Positions 51,361 through 61,641 are shown, numbered from the stretch's first letter. The stretch: DNA of 64,000 bases from Promethearchaeota archaeon (GCA_048937405.1 JBHLNF010000009.1:1-64000), one strand, 5' to 3'. Numbers and translations: made by a program. The notes: generated by a model not told the origin, from the sequence alone.

Positions 51361-52824
51361 TTAAAAGAATAGATCACCAAATAATCTATCTATCAAAGAT
51401 TCGGATTCAGATTGCACACTTAATATACGATCATTTTCCGTTAAAGGTATTTTCAAATTTTGAACGACAAGATTGTTTACCACTCTTATATTTTTAAAAT
51501 TAGTGGCCATTCCATCTTTTTCATTGTATTTAAAATTATATTTTGCTGATAATGTTCCCCTAACTTGAGTACCACTGGTAATTTTGTATTTATTTCCCCT
51601 CCTATCAGATACAACTCTCGGCTCTACTAATTCAACAACAACATAGTTTTTGCCTTGTTGTCTTAATTTTTCGATCTTTCTCGTTTGATATTCAACATTA
51701 AGTTCATTTTGATAAGGTTCCTTTTTGAGTCCTATATTTGATAAATTTTGAATTTTAACACCTAGGTAATCTTGGTATTTATTAGTTTCATCATTCCATC
51801 TTGAAATACTGGTTTCTAAGGATTCTTTTACCCCATTTCCTCTTAAGAATACTGATCTTCTTCCATTTGCTATTGCATTTTCTACATTAATTTTATGATA
51901 AGGATCCTGTGTAATTTCACCAAACGATTGAAGATTAATTGCATGAAGTGCAGAAATACAACAAAGATACGCTATATCAAGTAAATCAGCAATGTTATAT
52001 TGTACATCAACAATACGAACTTCAATCCGATTTCTGGAAGGTAATTCATCATTATCATCACTTATATTTGTAAAAGGACCTCTCGGGGTAATATCTACAA
52101 GACGATCTCCTCTGTTATTGGAAATAATTTTTTTAGAAAATTCATCTTCCTCAAAACCTATTTTAAGCTTATATCTCATACGACCGTAATAACGCATTGG
52201 AATTAAAGCAGGACGATTTTCAGGAATTTGTATTGTCGCAAAATTATTCGGTTTAAGTACAGTACTGTTTGCACACCTATTACTAGCTATATTATTTATA
52301 TTGCCTCGGTATATAGGTGAGTTTGCTGAGACACCAATTATTTCTGGTAAGAAATTCCATAAATAATTATATACTGCTTTCATTTCTTCAGGTGTCATTA
52401 AATTACCTTTTTTTTGAACTGAAACATTAACATGTGTTCCTGCAATTGGATTAGGATCACTCTGAATAGGGTGTAAACTTTGAGAGAGTATAGTTACCCC
52501 AATTTGCTTTGCTGCTTCTGTTACTAATTTTCTTCCTTCAAATACAGCTTCCTGTAAAGATTCTGGAGGTAATGGTAATGTAACATATTCAATTTGTGAA
52601 GGAGATGGTTCTGCATCTAACCCTCGTATTTTCACTTGAAGTGAATTCAGAAAATTTTGATCTCTTTCAAGAATCTCAGCAGATTTTACCATAAGATCAT
52701 CTGCAACTTTAGCTAAAGTACCATTTTTATTAATAATAAGGAATTCTTCCTCTATTCCACATAAAACTTTATAATCCTTATAATGGTCCTCATTGAGTAT
52801 TTCTTTTTTTTCATGAAATAACAT
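51361..52824 (-). CDS. Glutamate-cysteine ligase family 2 (carboxylate-amine ligase) with C-terminal extension
   Basis: GIEEEFLI, QIEY, GTHVNVS, SANSP, SNR, RIEVRIVD. Confidence 0.85.
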   Translation of the reverse strand: MLFHEKKEILNEDHYKDYKVLCGIEEEFLIINKNGTLAKVADDLMVKSAEILERDQNFLNSLQVKIRGLDAEPSPSQIEYVTLPLPPESLQEAVFEGRKLVTEAAKQIGVTILSQSLHPIQSDPNPIAGTHVNVSVQKKGNLMTPEEMKAVYNYLWNFLPEIIGVSANSPIYRGNINNIASNRCANSTVLKPNNFATIQIPENRPALIPMRYYGRMRYKLKIGFEEDEFSKKIISNNRGDRLVDITPRGPFTNISDDNDELPSRNRIEVRIVDVQYNIADLLDIAYLCCISALHAINLQSFGEITQDPYHKINVENAIANGRRSVFLRGNGVKESLETSISRWNDETNKYQDYLGVKIQNLSNIGLKKEPYQNELNVEYQTRKIEKLRQQGKNYVVVELVEPRVVSDRRGNKYKITSGTQVRGTLSAKYNFKYNEKDGMATNFKNIRVVNNLVVQNLKIPLTENDRILSVQSESESLIDRLFGDLFF

Positions 52825-52923
52825 GAAATCTTCTTACTCTTTTATTTTTGATCTTTAGTAATATTAAAAGAAATTATTATTAAAAAATTCTTAAATTGTT
52901 AACTTCTAAGGAGAAATACCTTA

Positions 52924-54282
52924 TTATCTAAACATCTCCATAAAAGCTCCTAAACGTGTTTTTACTTGTTCAACGTTCTCCCCTATTTTGTTAAATGTGA
53001 GTGCAATACTAGGTATTTCTAATTCTCGACGAATCTTTTCCTTTAACATTGGGTAAGAGTTGGATATTGAGTGACATCCAAAAAGTTGGATAAATATAAG
53101 ACCATCAGCATTTAATTTTTTTGCAATTCGTAAATATGAATCTGTTAATGTGTCATTATCACATCCAATTCCGTTTGTGGTAGCCTTCATTAGATAATGA
53201 GCATACGCTTCAACCGGATCAGATATTTTTTTAATTGGAATATCTTCTAAAAGTAATAAAACATCCCAATCGGCATATAATGCTCTACCTCCAAGTTCAT
53301 AAATTATTTCATGGGTTTTTGGTTCCCATCCACCAAACATAGGAGTAATTAAAATTCGTGGCATATTACTGACATCCATACCGATTTTATTTCGTATTCT
53401 CTCTTTTATTTCATGCACTAATGAGTTCATATTATCTCGATATCGAATTGCATTAGAATTATAGTCCTGAAAACTATTATTTAGTATAACTAATATTTCG
53501 CTAAATGTGGCAGGATTACAAGGATAAAAATCAGATGTGCTTAAATCATATAGGATAGATTTGTAGGCTCTTCTAATTTCATTGGCAACTTTAAAATGAT
53601 TTCGTAAAATGTCCCTGTCATAGGTATTCCCACTAATTTTTTCTAGTTCACTTATTCCCTCATAGAGGTTATTTACCAATAATTCTAATGCATCACCGAC
53701 ATTTCTAGGGGGTATATCTATCCAGATTTGCTTTGAGGTACTATTAATCGTTTTTAATGACTCATGATATTTATTCCATGCACTACATCGTATCGTATAA
53801 TTTAAAATAGCATCATAATTTTTGCCTTTTGAAACATGCATTCCATAAAGGCTTTTTATTCCATAACAAAAATCAGTAGGAATTCCATTTTCAATTCCTA
53901 TATCGTACATTTCATTGTATTTTTCATTAACAGCATCTATAACATTATCTATAATTTCATCAATAATTTTATTTATATCACCAATACCAAGGTTTTTTAC
54001 AAAACCTAAAAAATTTGATATATTTTTCCAACCAAAAATGTTTGCTCCTGAACCTAAATATTGTAGATATTTATGCATTTTAAAAGCATGCGTTCGAATT
54101 GGAAAAACAGGCACTAAATTTGGAAATCCATATACTATATCAGAAAAAGGTAATGCCACTGAGATTAACTTTTTTTTTTCTCTAAATTTCTTTCTCTTTA
54201 AATAATCTCTTCCAGTTAAAAGATTAAAAGCGATTCTTAACAAAGAACTAAATCTTACAATTTCATCGGCCATAAGACTCAT
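52924..54282 (-). CDS. 2-hydroxyacyl-CoA dehydratase family subunit
   Basis: DFCYG, IRC, ADGLIFIQLFGCH, KTRLGAFMEM; operon with the second subunit and activator. Confidence 0.8.
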   Translation of the reverse strand: MSLMADEIVRFSSLLRIAFNLLTGRDYLKRKKFREKKKLISVALPFSDIVYGFPNLVPVFPIRTHAFKMHKYLQYLGSGANIFGWKNISNFLGFVKNLGIGDINKIIDEIIDNVIDAVNEKYNEMYDIGIENGIPTDFCYGIKSLYGMHVSKGKNYDAILNYTIRCSAWNKYHESLKTINSTSKQIWIDIPPRNVGDALELLVNNLYEGISELEKISGNTYDRDILRNHFKVANEIRRAYKSILYDLSTSDFYPCNPATFSEILVILNNSFQDYNSNAIRYRDNMNSLVHEIKERIRNKIGMDVSNMPRILITPMFGGWEPKTHEIIYELGGRALYADWDVLLLLEDIPIKKISDPVEAYAHYLMKATTNGIGCDNDTLTDSYLRIAKKLNADGLIFIQLFGCHSISNSYPMLKEKIRRELEIPSIALTFNKIGENVEQVKTRLGAFMEMFR

Positions 54283-54285
54283 TTT

Positions 54286-55422
54286 TCATTCCATCTCCAA
54301 AAAAGCTTCAATTCTAGTAGATAATTGCCCTCTATTGGCTTTTGAATAGTCTCTCTCAAGGTTTAAAACAGAAAATCCTTTTTCTTGTAGTTGATTTTTT
54401 AAATATGCTGACATAAGAGAAATATGATCACAGAATTTTATTATATGATTTATAATTCTTATTTTTTTTCCAGTTTGTTCTAAATAATTTTGGCAAATTT
54501 TCTCAATTTGAGATACTTTATTCTCTAAAAAATTGGGAACAGAATGATCTCCATAGATATTTTTATCAAAACGTCTCACTAACAAATCAAACGGATTTTT
54601 TGAGGTGTTTAAGATGTTTTCCTCAAAAACTTGATAATAATAATTATTTCCAATCCATGTATCAAAAAAAACAACATTTCCCCCTGCTTCTTCGATTAAT
54701 TCAATTAGATAATCATTTAAAAAAACAGAACAACCTGTAATTATAACATCCTTTAAGTCTTTCGAATTTTGAATTTGATTTTCGCTGAATTTCAAGGTAT
54801 AAGATTCTAATTCAGGTAAAAACGTAGGACCATATAATATTGCTTTTTGAAGAATTCTTAATTTTTCTGAACCTCTAATATTTAAATTGTTAAATTCTAA
54901 TAATTTTTTTTTAAAATTATTATACTTTTTAATGCTATCCATTAAATTTTCATTCTTAATATCGATACCACTTATTTCTTCTAATTGATCTTTAAAATCT
55001 AATAATTCTAATTTAAAGTATTTCAAACTATTTTCATTTTTAGTATATGAAAGATAAAAATTCAATCGAGGAATATTGAAATATTTAGAAATAATCTCAG
55101 AAGCACATATATCACTTACACAATGATTTGAAACAATAAAATAATCTATTAAATCTAAAAATCTAAAATGACTCGGTTTGGTTGAAAATAAACCAATACA
55201 TGACTGTGCAAAAGCACAAGTAGAAGGAGATAAATAATCATGGCTTGCATCCATTAATTCATCATTTCCTGCAAACATTAATCTTAAAGGAATGAATCCA
55301 ATGGCATCTAATAATTCTTCTGGGATGTTATCATGAGAAATAAACGCTATAACCTTTTTTCCTTCTTGTTTTTTTTCTTTCAAGAATAGTGTATATTCAG
55401 ATAGAAGCTCCAAATTATCCAT
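54286..55422 (-). CDS. 2-hydroxyacyl-CoA dehydratase family subunit
   Basis: PEELLDAIGFIPLR, CAFAQS, NHC, IKFCD, LERDY, QLSTRIEAFLEM. Confidence 0.85.
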   Translation of the reverse strand: MDNLELLSEYTLFLKEKKQEGKKVIAFISHDNIPEELLDAIGFIPLRLMFAGNDELMDASHDYLSPSTCAFAQSCIGLFSTKPSHFRFLDLIDYFIVSNHCVSDICASEIISKYFNIPRLNFYLSYTKNENSLKYFKLELLDFKDQLEEISGIDIKNENLMDSIKKYNNFKKKLLEFNNLNIRGSEKLRILQKAILYGPTFLPELESYTLKFSENQIQNSKDLKDVIITGCSVFLNDYLIELIEEAGGNVVFFDTWIGNNYYYQVFEENILNTSKNPFDLLVRRFDKNIYGDHSVPNFLENKVSQIEKICQNYLEQTGKKIRIINHIIKFCDHISLMSAYLKNQLQEKGFSVLNLERDYSKANRGQLSTRIEAFLEME

Positions 55423-55620
55423 TTTACTGTAGGTTTTAACTTTGAATTATTTATCGAAAAAGAGTAAATTACACTTAAAATTTATTATACTTTACTAGGT
55501 ATAGTAAATATTTTTTGTAAAAACTATATTTTTTGTATTCATTTGATACTATTATTGGAAAGATTAGTTAGTTTGAACACTGTGTTTTATTAAATAGTAA
55601 AAATTTGTAATAATAACAAC

Positions 55621-56829
55621 GTGAAATTAACTGAAGTTATCCAAGTAAACTATTCATCAGAATTATCACACTTATGTCATTTAGCTAAGAATCTTTACAA
55701 TTTAGCGAATTGGTATGTGAGACAACATTTCTTTAATCTCAATACTCTCCTATCGTATTATGATTTAGATTTCATTCTTAAAAATAAAGATGCATATCGA
55801 AATTTACCCTCTCAAACATCACAACAAATTATCAAATATGTGAAGAGAGATTGGAAGTCTTATTTCAGAGGATTAGAAGAATATAAAAGAAATTTCAAGA
55901 AATTTAAGAAAAAACCCAAAATTCCACGATATAAAAAGAAAAGTGGAGAATCTATAGCAATTTTTACCAATCAGCAATGTAAAATTAAGAATGGATATTT
56001 ATATTTTCCAAGAAGGGTAAATCTTGAACCAATTAAAACAAGAATTACAGAAAGATTAAAAGAAGTTAGGATAGTCCCTTTAGGAGTAAAGTATAAAGTT
56101 GAGATTGTATACGAAAAGGAAGAGAAAGGTTTAGGATTAGATAAAGAGCACATATTAAGTATTGATTTAGGATTGAATAATCTCATAACTGCGGTAAATA
56201 ATAATGGATGTAGACCATTTATTATTAAAGGTGGGATGATAAAATCTATAAATCAATATTATAACAAGCAATTAGCATACTTTAGGGGTATTGAAAATAA
56301 AAAAGGTAATTTTACTGATATCAAACGGATTCAAAGACTCCATTTAATTCGAAATAATAAAATTACTACAGTTTTTCATCGAATCTCTAAGAACGTAATT
56401 GAGTACTGTATTTTACATAATATTGGGACAATCGTAATAGGATATAATAAGGGATGGAAGCAAAAAATAAATATTGGAAAAAAAAATAATCAGAAATTTG
56501 TACAAATCCCTTTCCTAAAATTAATAAAGCAATTTGAATATAAAGCGAAATTGAAAGGAATTCAAGTTTTAACTGTTAATGAAAGTCATACTTCTAAATG
56601 TTCTTTCTTAGATGATGAATCAATTGAAAAACATGAAAAATATGCAGGAAAAAGAATTTCCAGAGGGCTGTTCAAAACCTCCAAAGGTATTCTACTCAAT
56701 GCAGATGTAAATGGAGCATATAATATTATGAGAAAAGCATTCCCAAATGCCATTTCGGAGGATGGGATAGAGGCATTCGGACTAATGCCACAGATACTAC
56801 AACAGATTATCGTTGATATTGGTATTTGA
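55621..56829 (+). CDS. tnpB: RNA-guided endonuclease TnpB
   Basis: AKNLYN, SQTSQQ, IDLGLNN (RuvC-I), VIGYN, VNESHTSKC, NADVNGAYNI (RuvC-III). Confidence 0.95.
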   Translation: MKLTEVIQVNYSSELSHLCHLAKNLYNLANWYVRQHFFNLNTLLSYYDLDFILKNKDAYRNLPSQTSQQIIKYVKRDWKSYFRGLEEYKRNFKKFKKKPKIPRYKKKSGESIAIFTNQQCKIKNGYLYFPRRVNLEPIKTRITERLKEVRIVPLGVKYKVEIVYEKEEKGLGLDKEHILSIDLGLNNLITAVNNNGCRPFIIKGGMIKSINQYYNKQLAYFRGIENKKGNFTDIKRIQRLHLIRNNKITTVFHRISKNVIEYCILHNIGTIVIGYNKGWKQKINIGKKNNQKFVQIPFLKLIKQFEYKAKLKGIQVLTVNESHTSKCSFLDDESIEKHEKYAGKRISRGLFKTSKGILLNADVNGAYNIMRKAFPNAISEDGIEAFGLMPQILQQIIVDIGI

Positions 56830-56875
56830 AATAAGATGAGTATAATTTTACTCGTTTTAATGGTCTTAATCATTA
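56740..56875 (+). ncRNA. Putative omegaRNA/reRNA scaffold overlapping the tnpB 3' end
   Basis: Stems GGCATT/AATGCC (56772-56789), AAGATGAGTA/TACTCGTTTT (56833-56858) and TAATGGT/ATCATTA, with G-U pairs favouring the + strand; position typical of TnpB omegaRNAs. Confidence 0.5.
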
Positions 56876-56894
56876 GGATAAAATTATAAAAAAA

Positions 56895-57701
56895 TTAACC
56901 TTGGCTTTGATCTGAAGCGATTAAAGCAGCTCCTATGGCTCCCGTCAATTGTGCATTACTTTTTCCATTTGATATGGGAGACATAATTTCAAATCCTAAT
57001 TCTTCCTCTAAAAATTTCTTAACTGCAATGTTTTTTGCAACACCACCACAAAAAACTAAGAGGGGAGCAACACCTATACGTTTGGCCATTCCACCAACCC
57101 TTCTTGCGATTGATTTATGAATTCCCGCTGCGATGTCTTCCTTTTTTGTGCCCTTAGCAAAAAGAGATATTACTTCTGATTCAGCAAAAACAGTACATGT
57201 TGAACTGATTGATGCTGGATTATTAGATTTAAGAGCTAATTCTCCAATATTCTGAATGGGAACTTCTAACGCACCAGCCATTACTTCAATAAAACGACCT
57301 GTTCCTGCAGCACACTTATCATTCATCTGAAAATCAATTACATTCCCACTTTTCTTTGAGATTACTATAGCTTTACTATCTTGACCCCCAATATCTATTA
57401 CAGAATTTACGTCTGGAAAAAAATATTGTGCTCCACGTGCATGAGCTGTAATTTCAGTAATACGATCATCAGCAATATCAATGCTATTCCTTCCGTATCC
57501 TGTTGACATAACATAAACATCACTTTTTTTTAAATTATTTTTTTCCAGAAGGTCATTAAACATCTCGTTTCCTACACGCTTGAAATCAAATGTGGATCGA
57601 TTAACTCGAAAATCTAATAATTCAGAATTTTGTAATAACACTACCTTAGTTTCAAGTGATCCAATATCAATACCAACAAATACATTCAAATTTATTCCCA
57701 A
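56895..57701 (-). CDS. hgdC: 2-hydroxyacyl-CoA dehydratase activator ATPase (HgdC/BadF type)
   Basis: GIDIGS, TGYGR, DIGGQDSK, MNDKCAAGTGRF, SSTCTVFAESE. Confidence 0.92.
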   Translation of the reverse strand: MGINLNVFVGIDIGSLETKVVLLQNSELLDFRVNRSTFDFKRVGNEMFNDLLEKNNLKKSDVYVMSTGYGRNSIDIADDRITEITAHARGAQYFFPDVNSVIDIGGQDSKAIVISKKSGNVIDFQMNDKCAAGTGRFIEVMAGALEVPIQNIGELALKSNNPASISSTCTVFAESEVISLFAKGTKKEDIAAGIHKSIARRVGGMAKRIGVAPLLVFCGGVAKNIAVKKFLEEELGFEIMSPISNGKSNAQLTGAIGAALIASDQSQG

Positions 57702-57755
57702 GAAATTTGGTTGTTATAAAGAAAAATGAAAATAAAAAATTAAATTTAATCATAT

Positions 57756-58466
57756 TTACGAGAGTAAAAATATGGAAATTAGAAGGGTTATAAAAAATGC
57801 AAAAAACATTTGACAAATATTTTTGACAATAGATTCCTTTGAGATAATTCCCAAAAAGACTCCAAGTAATACTATACAAAAGAGGATAATAAAAAAGGAT
57901 ATAATAAAAGTTGTTATTCCGGCGTTAGAAACAAGAAAAAAGGGAATTAGAGGGACAATACCCCCTAAAAATGGAGATCCCCCATTTATAATCGAGACAA
58001 TTATACTTGCAAAGCTCTCTGCTTTTTCTTGTAAGTTTTTTATTTTTTTCTTCTTCTTTCTTAATCTACTTTTAACTCTTAGAATAATATCATGATTAAT
58101 TTTTGTTAACATTGCCTTTTCAATCTCTTTTACGTCAGAAGAATCTTTTATTGCTTCCTCTTCGGCGTTTTTATCTATTACCATTGCTTTATATAATTCC
58201 TCTTTCATTTTTTTTTGTTCCGCCTTTTCTGAAAGATATGAACCAGACATCCCTGATATTAACATTGATATTGAACTTCCTATACCAGTTAGAATAACAA
58301 GATGACTATCAATTGAACTTTGATCCTCCTTTAGAATTAAAACAAAAAATCCCAAAAGTATACCCAGAACTGTTAGCATACCATCATAGAAGTTATTTAC
58401 AAAATAACGTCTAGCAATTCCCCATAAATCCGTAATTTTTGCGTATGTTTTGGCTCTTTCAAACAT
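57756..58466 (-). CDS. VIT1/CCC1-like (TIGR00267-type) membrane protein
   Basis: ARRYFVNNFYDG, SGMSGSYLSEKAE, GGIVPLIPFF. Confidence 0.8.
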   Translation of the reverse strand: MFERAKTYAKITDLWGIARRYFVNNFYDGMLTVLGILLGFFVLILKEDQSSIDSHLVILTGIGSSISMLISGMSGSYLSEKAEQKKMKEELYKAMVIDKNAEEEAIKDSSDVKEIEKAMLTKINHDIILRVKSRLRKKKKKIKNLQEKAESFASIIVSIINGGSPFLGGIVPLIPFFLVSNAGITTFIISFFIILFCIVLLGVFLGIISKESIVKNICQMFFAFFITLLISIFLLS

Positions 58467-58554
58467 TTTTGATAGTATATCAGTATTATTGTTAAGAAAA
58501 ACCTAACTCTATTTTCTTCACAATTTTTATTGAAATTGATTATCCTCCAAGACT

Positions 58555-59199
58555 TTAAATACCAAGTAATATTGAGATTAAAAGGGTTACGATTCCGGCA
58601 GTAACTAAATGTATAGCATATTTAGCTCTCCCACCGCCTGATATTTTTCCTAGAAAAATACCTAAATAGATTAATAAACTAGAAAGTATAATATAAGAGA
58701 TTATAAAATGAATAAATGATAATGAAAAACCAAAGAAAAACGGAATTAACGGAAGAGAACTTCCTAATACTGGTGCTCCTCCATCCACCAAAGAAGCAAT
58801 AATCGTGGCAAAATTTTCAGCTTTTTCTAATAATGGTGTCTCTTTTTTCTGTTTCTTATCAGATTTTTCCGCTTTTACATCTTCTTCATCTTCAATAATA
58901 GCCATTTCTTTTTTCATATCCATCATTTTTTTATGTCTTTCAGCTTCTTCAGAGAGAAATGCACCCCATAAACCAGAAATTCCAATTGCTAAAGCAGTAG
59001 CAAATCCAGTAATAAGAACATCTTTTGGGTCAAAATTAGTGGAATGTGCGATAAATAAAATAAAAATACCACTTACTATACCTGCACATGTTAATGCGCC
59101 ATCAAAACAGTTATTAAAGAATTTCCGTCTAGCAATTTCCGCAAGATCAGACATTTTTGAATACTGCTTCCATAGTTGGATTGTCTTCTTTATTTTCAT
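58555..59199 (-). CDS. VIT1/CCC1-like (TIGR00267-type) membrane protein, paralog
   Basis: ARRKFFNNCFDG, SGLWGAFLSEEAE, LPLIPFF. Confidence 0.8.
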   Translation of the reverse strand: MKIKKTIQLWKQYSKMSDLAEIARRKFFNNCFDGALTCAGIVSGIFILFIAHSTNFDPKDVLITGFATALAIGISGLWGAFLSEEAERHKKMMDMKKEMAIIEDEEDVKAEKSDKKQKKETPLLEKAENFATIIASLVDGGAPVLGSSLPLIPFFFGFSLSFIHFIISYIILSSLLIYLGIFLGKISGGGRAKYAIHLVTAGIVTLLISILLGI

Positions 59200-59410
59200 T
59201 TAATTCTTTTCCTACCTTTAGTTTAAATGTTATTTAAAAGTTGTAATACTTTCACTTTATTTTTCTAAATCTTGAGATTTTTCAAAATGTTTCAGATTTT
59301 ATTTATAAATTAAAATTTAGAATATATTAAAATTTCTCTAAATACTATATTTTTTATTAGTCAAATTTTTATATTTATAACAGTAAAATAACTATTTAAA
59401 TGGAATTTTC

Positions 59411-60049
59411 ATGAGTAAGATTAAAGAAGAAATTATATCAATGCTTATTGAGCATTCTCGAATTATTTATTCTGTCCTTAGTGATATGGGTGTATTTTAC
59501 AGTGGTTGGGCAGAAAACTATGAAAAAAATAAAAACTCACTTGAAAAGAAAAAAAGTAAAATGCAATTATCTGAAGAGGATGCCGATAGCATTAAAATTC
59601 AGTTGATTCAAAATTATTCTGAAGCTGAAACTGCGGGTTTAGGAGATTACATTGCTCTTATCCTAAGAATGGATAATGTTATTAATTACCCATTAGAATT
59701 TGTGGATATGTTACCAAAAATTAAGGTGGATAAAAAAAACGATCAAGAATTAAAGAAAAGATATGAAAAATTGATTAATAAAACAATTGAAATGGCAAAT
59801 GTTCTTAAATCAACAATTAAAAGCCTTAGAGATAAACCAGATGTGGTGTTTAGTAATACAACAAAAATTCATGAGATTGAAAATGAAATTGACGCAATTT
59901 ATAGAGAATTTCTAGAATATATCTATTCAAATGAGAATTTAAATATTAGAGTACTTTTGCGTTTACGAGATAGTATTGTACTGCTAGAGCAGTTAGCAGA
60001 TCGCATCCATGACATAGCTGATTTAATTAGAGTATTGCTGTATCAATAA
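59411..60049 (+). CDS. DUF47/PhoU-like phosphate transport regulator
   Basis: EEDADSIK, IHEIENEIDAIYR, LEQLADRIHDIAD. Confidence 0.8.
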   Translation: MSKIKEEIISMLIEHSRIIYSVLSDMGVFYSGWAENYEKNKNSLEKKKSKMQLSEEDADSIKIQLIQNYSEAETAGLGDYIALILRMDNVINYPLEFVDMLPKIKVDKKNDQELKKRYEKLINKTIEMANVLKSTIKSLRDKPDVVFSNTTKIHEIENEIDAIYREFLEYIYSNENLNIRVLLRLRDSIVLLEQLADRIHDIADLIRVLLYQ

Positions 60050-60165
60050 TCTTTTCTGACGGATTAATAATTTTTTAGTCTATTTTTAATTTAAAATTGT
60101 ATTACATTATTTAGTATTTAATATAATTGATTTTGAAACAATTATAAAAATCTCAAATTATGTTT

Positions 60166-61641
60166 TTATATTGTTTCTCCAGTAATTCTATTTACTTTAA
60201 GATGTCTAAATTTAGCAGTAGTTCGCGCAATTTCTTCACTGTTGGTTATTTTGGTAACAACTTGTTCTGGAAATAGATATTTTGCAATATGAATAATCAT
60301 TTCTTTAGTTTCTATACAATTGAATAATTTTAAACTTTCACAAGAATAAAATAATTCACTTATTAAATCATAATTTGTATCTGCTGAAAAATCAAGAAGT
60401 GCTAAATTTCTATATATTCGCTGTATAACACTATTTAAAAAATCGTAATCTTTTAACTTTTCAAGGGTATTTCTCATATAATTAATAAAAAGAACATAAT
60501 ATATCGCTTCTGACGTTATGAATCCGTCTCGTTCCTGTTTCACACCTTCAGGAGTAATGCGTGTATCGATTTCCTCCATAATTGAATTGATTTCAAAATC
60601 CTTCCCACTTATTCCTAATTGTCTATACAATTTTAATATTACTACTAATTGTGATGTCTCAAGATTTTGTATATAATTGATATCAACAAATCTCGGATAA
60701 GTAATCATAAGGTTATTAATTTGCATATGATTTAACCATAATTTCATTAATTCAGTTGATTTAAAGAAATAATACACACCATCCGTAGCCTCCATTATTG
60801 GAGATTCATATCGGTTTATCGCTTCTTCATATAAAAGTAATAAAAATCCAGAAATCTTTTTCTTATCAAGTTTTACATTTAAATATTTTGCTAAGTATAA
60901 TCCACAAAAATAAATATCGGGATTTCTTAGTGAGACTAGTGGAATATCAATTAGCCATTCATCTAAATTTTCTTCCAAATATGTTCTGATATGAGAAAAA
61001 TTAAACGTTTTTTGTAAATTAAAGAAATCAATGATTCTATAAATCAAATATATTAATTGAAGTTTATATTGAGGTTCTTCTAAATCTTCTAGACTCTCAA
61101 TTTTTTGCTTATTTTCTCTTAATTTAGAAATTATATTTTCTTGAATATGAACATATTTTCTTAGATTTTCAAGTTTATTTGGAACTCTTTCGAAAAGTGT
61201 TCTTAGGTTTCTTATTTCCATAATTAATTCAATCGGGAGAAATCCTTCATCCTTAAATTTTAACAGAAGAGGGGCTATACTGACGTCAACAAGATAAGCA
61301 ATAATTTTATCTAAAAGAATTTCATATATTAAAGGAGCAATTTTTTTTTTATATAAATCAATCACTACTGAAATTGTCGCTTCATCCCCCATTTCTATTT
61401 CTAAAAATGGATCTAAAAATTTATTCTCAATTTCAGTTTTTTTAAAACCTAATTCTATGAAATAGTTTATGAAAAATGAACGTAACTTTTCTAAAATGGA
61501 TCTAAGATTACTTTTTTCAATTGTATTATTTCCAAATGAATTAATAATTTGCGTCTGGAAATAATCATCTATATGATTATAAAACAGTTCAATATTGTTA
61601 AAATATAAATCTAAAACATTATATAGTCCTTGAAATATCAT
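60166..61641 (-). CDS. Hypothetical all-alpha protein
   Basis: 491-aa ORF, no motif recognised. Confidence 0.7.
   Translation of the reverse strand: MIFQGLYNVLDLYFNNIELFYNHIDDYFQTQIINSFGNNTIEKSNLRSILEKLRSFFINYFIELGFKKTEIENKFLDPFLEIEMGDEATISVVIDLYKKKIAPLIYEILLDKIIAYLVDVSIAPLLLKFKDEGFLPIELIMEIRNLRTLFERVPNKLENLRKYVHIQENIISKLRENKQKIESLEDLEEPQYKLQLIYLIYRIIDFFNLQKTFNFSHIRTYLEENLDEWLIDIPLVSLRNPDIYFCGLYLAKYLNVKLDKKKISGFLLLLYEEAINRYESPIMEATDGVYYFFKSTELMKLWLNHMQINNLMITYPRFVDINYIQNLETSQLVVILKLYRQLGISGKDFEINSIMEEIDTRITPEGVKQERDGFITSEAIYYVLFINYMRNTLEKLKDYDFLNSVIQRIYRNLALLDFSADTNYDLISELFYSCESLKLFNCIETKEMIIHIAKYLFPEQVVTKITNSEEIARTTAKFRHLKVNRITGETI

Larger units (their letters stand above)
55455..56875 (+). 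mobile_element. Non-autonomous IS200/IS605 (IS1341-like) element, TnpB only; ends approximate
   Basis: tnpB without tnpA, opposite in strand to and splitting the dehydratase operon; left hairpins 55460-55476 and 55491-55508, right hairpins 56833-56858 and 56858-56875. Confidence 0.7.
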
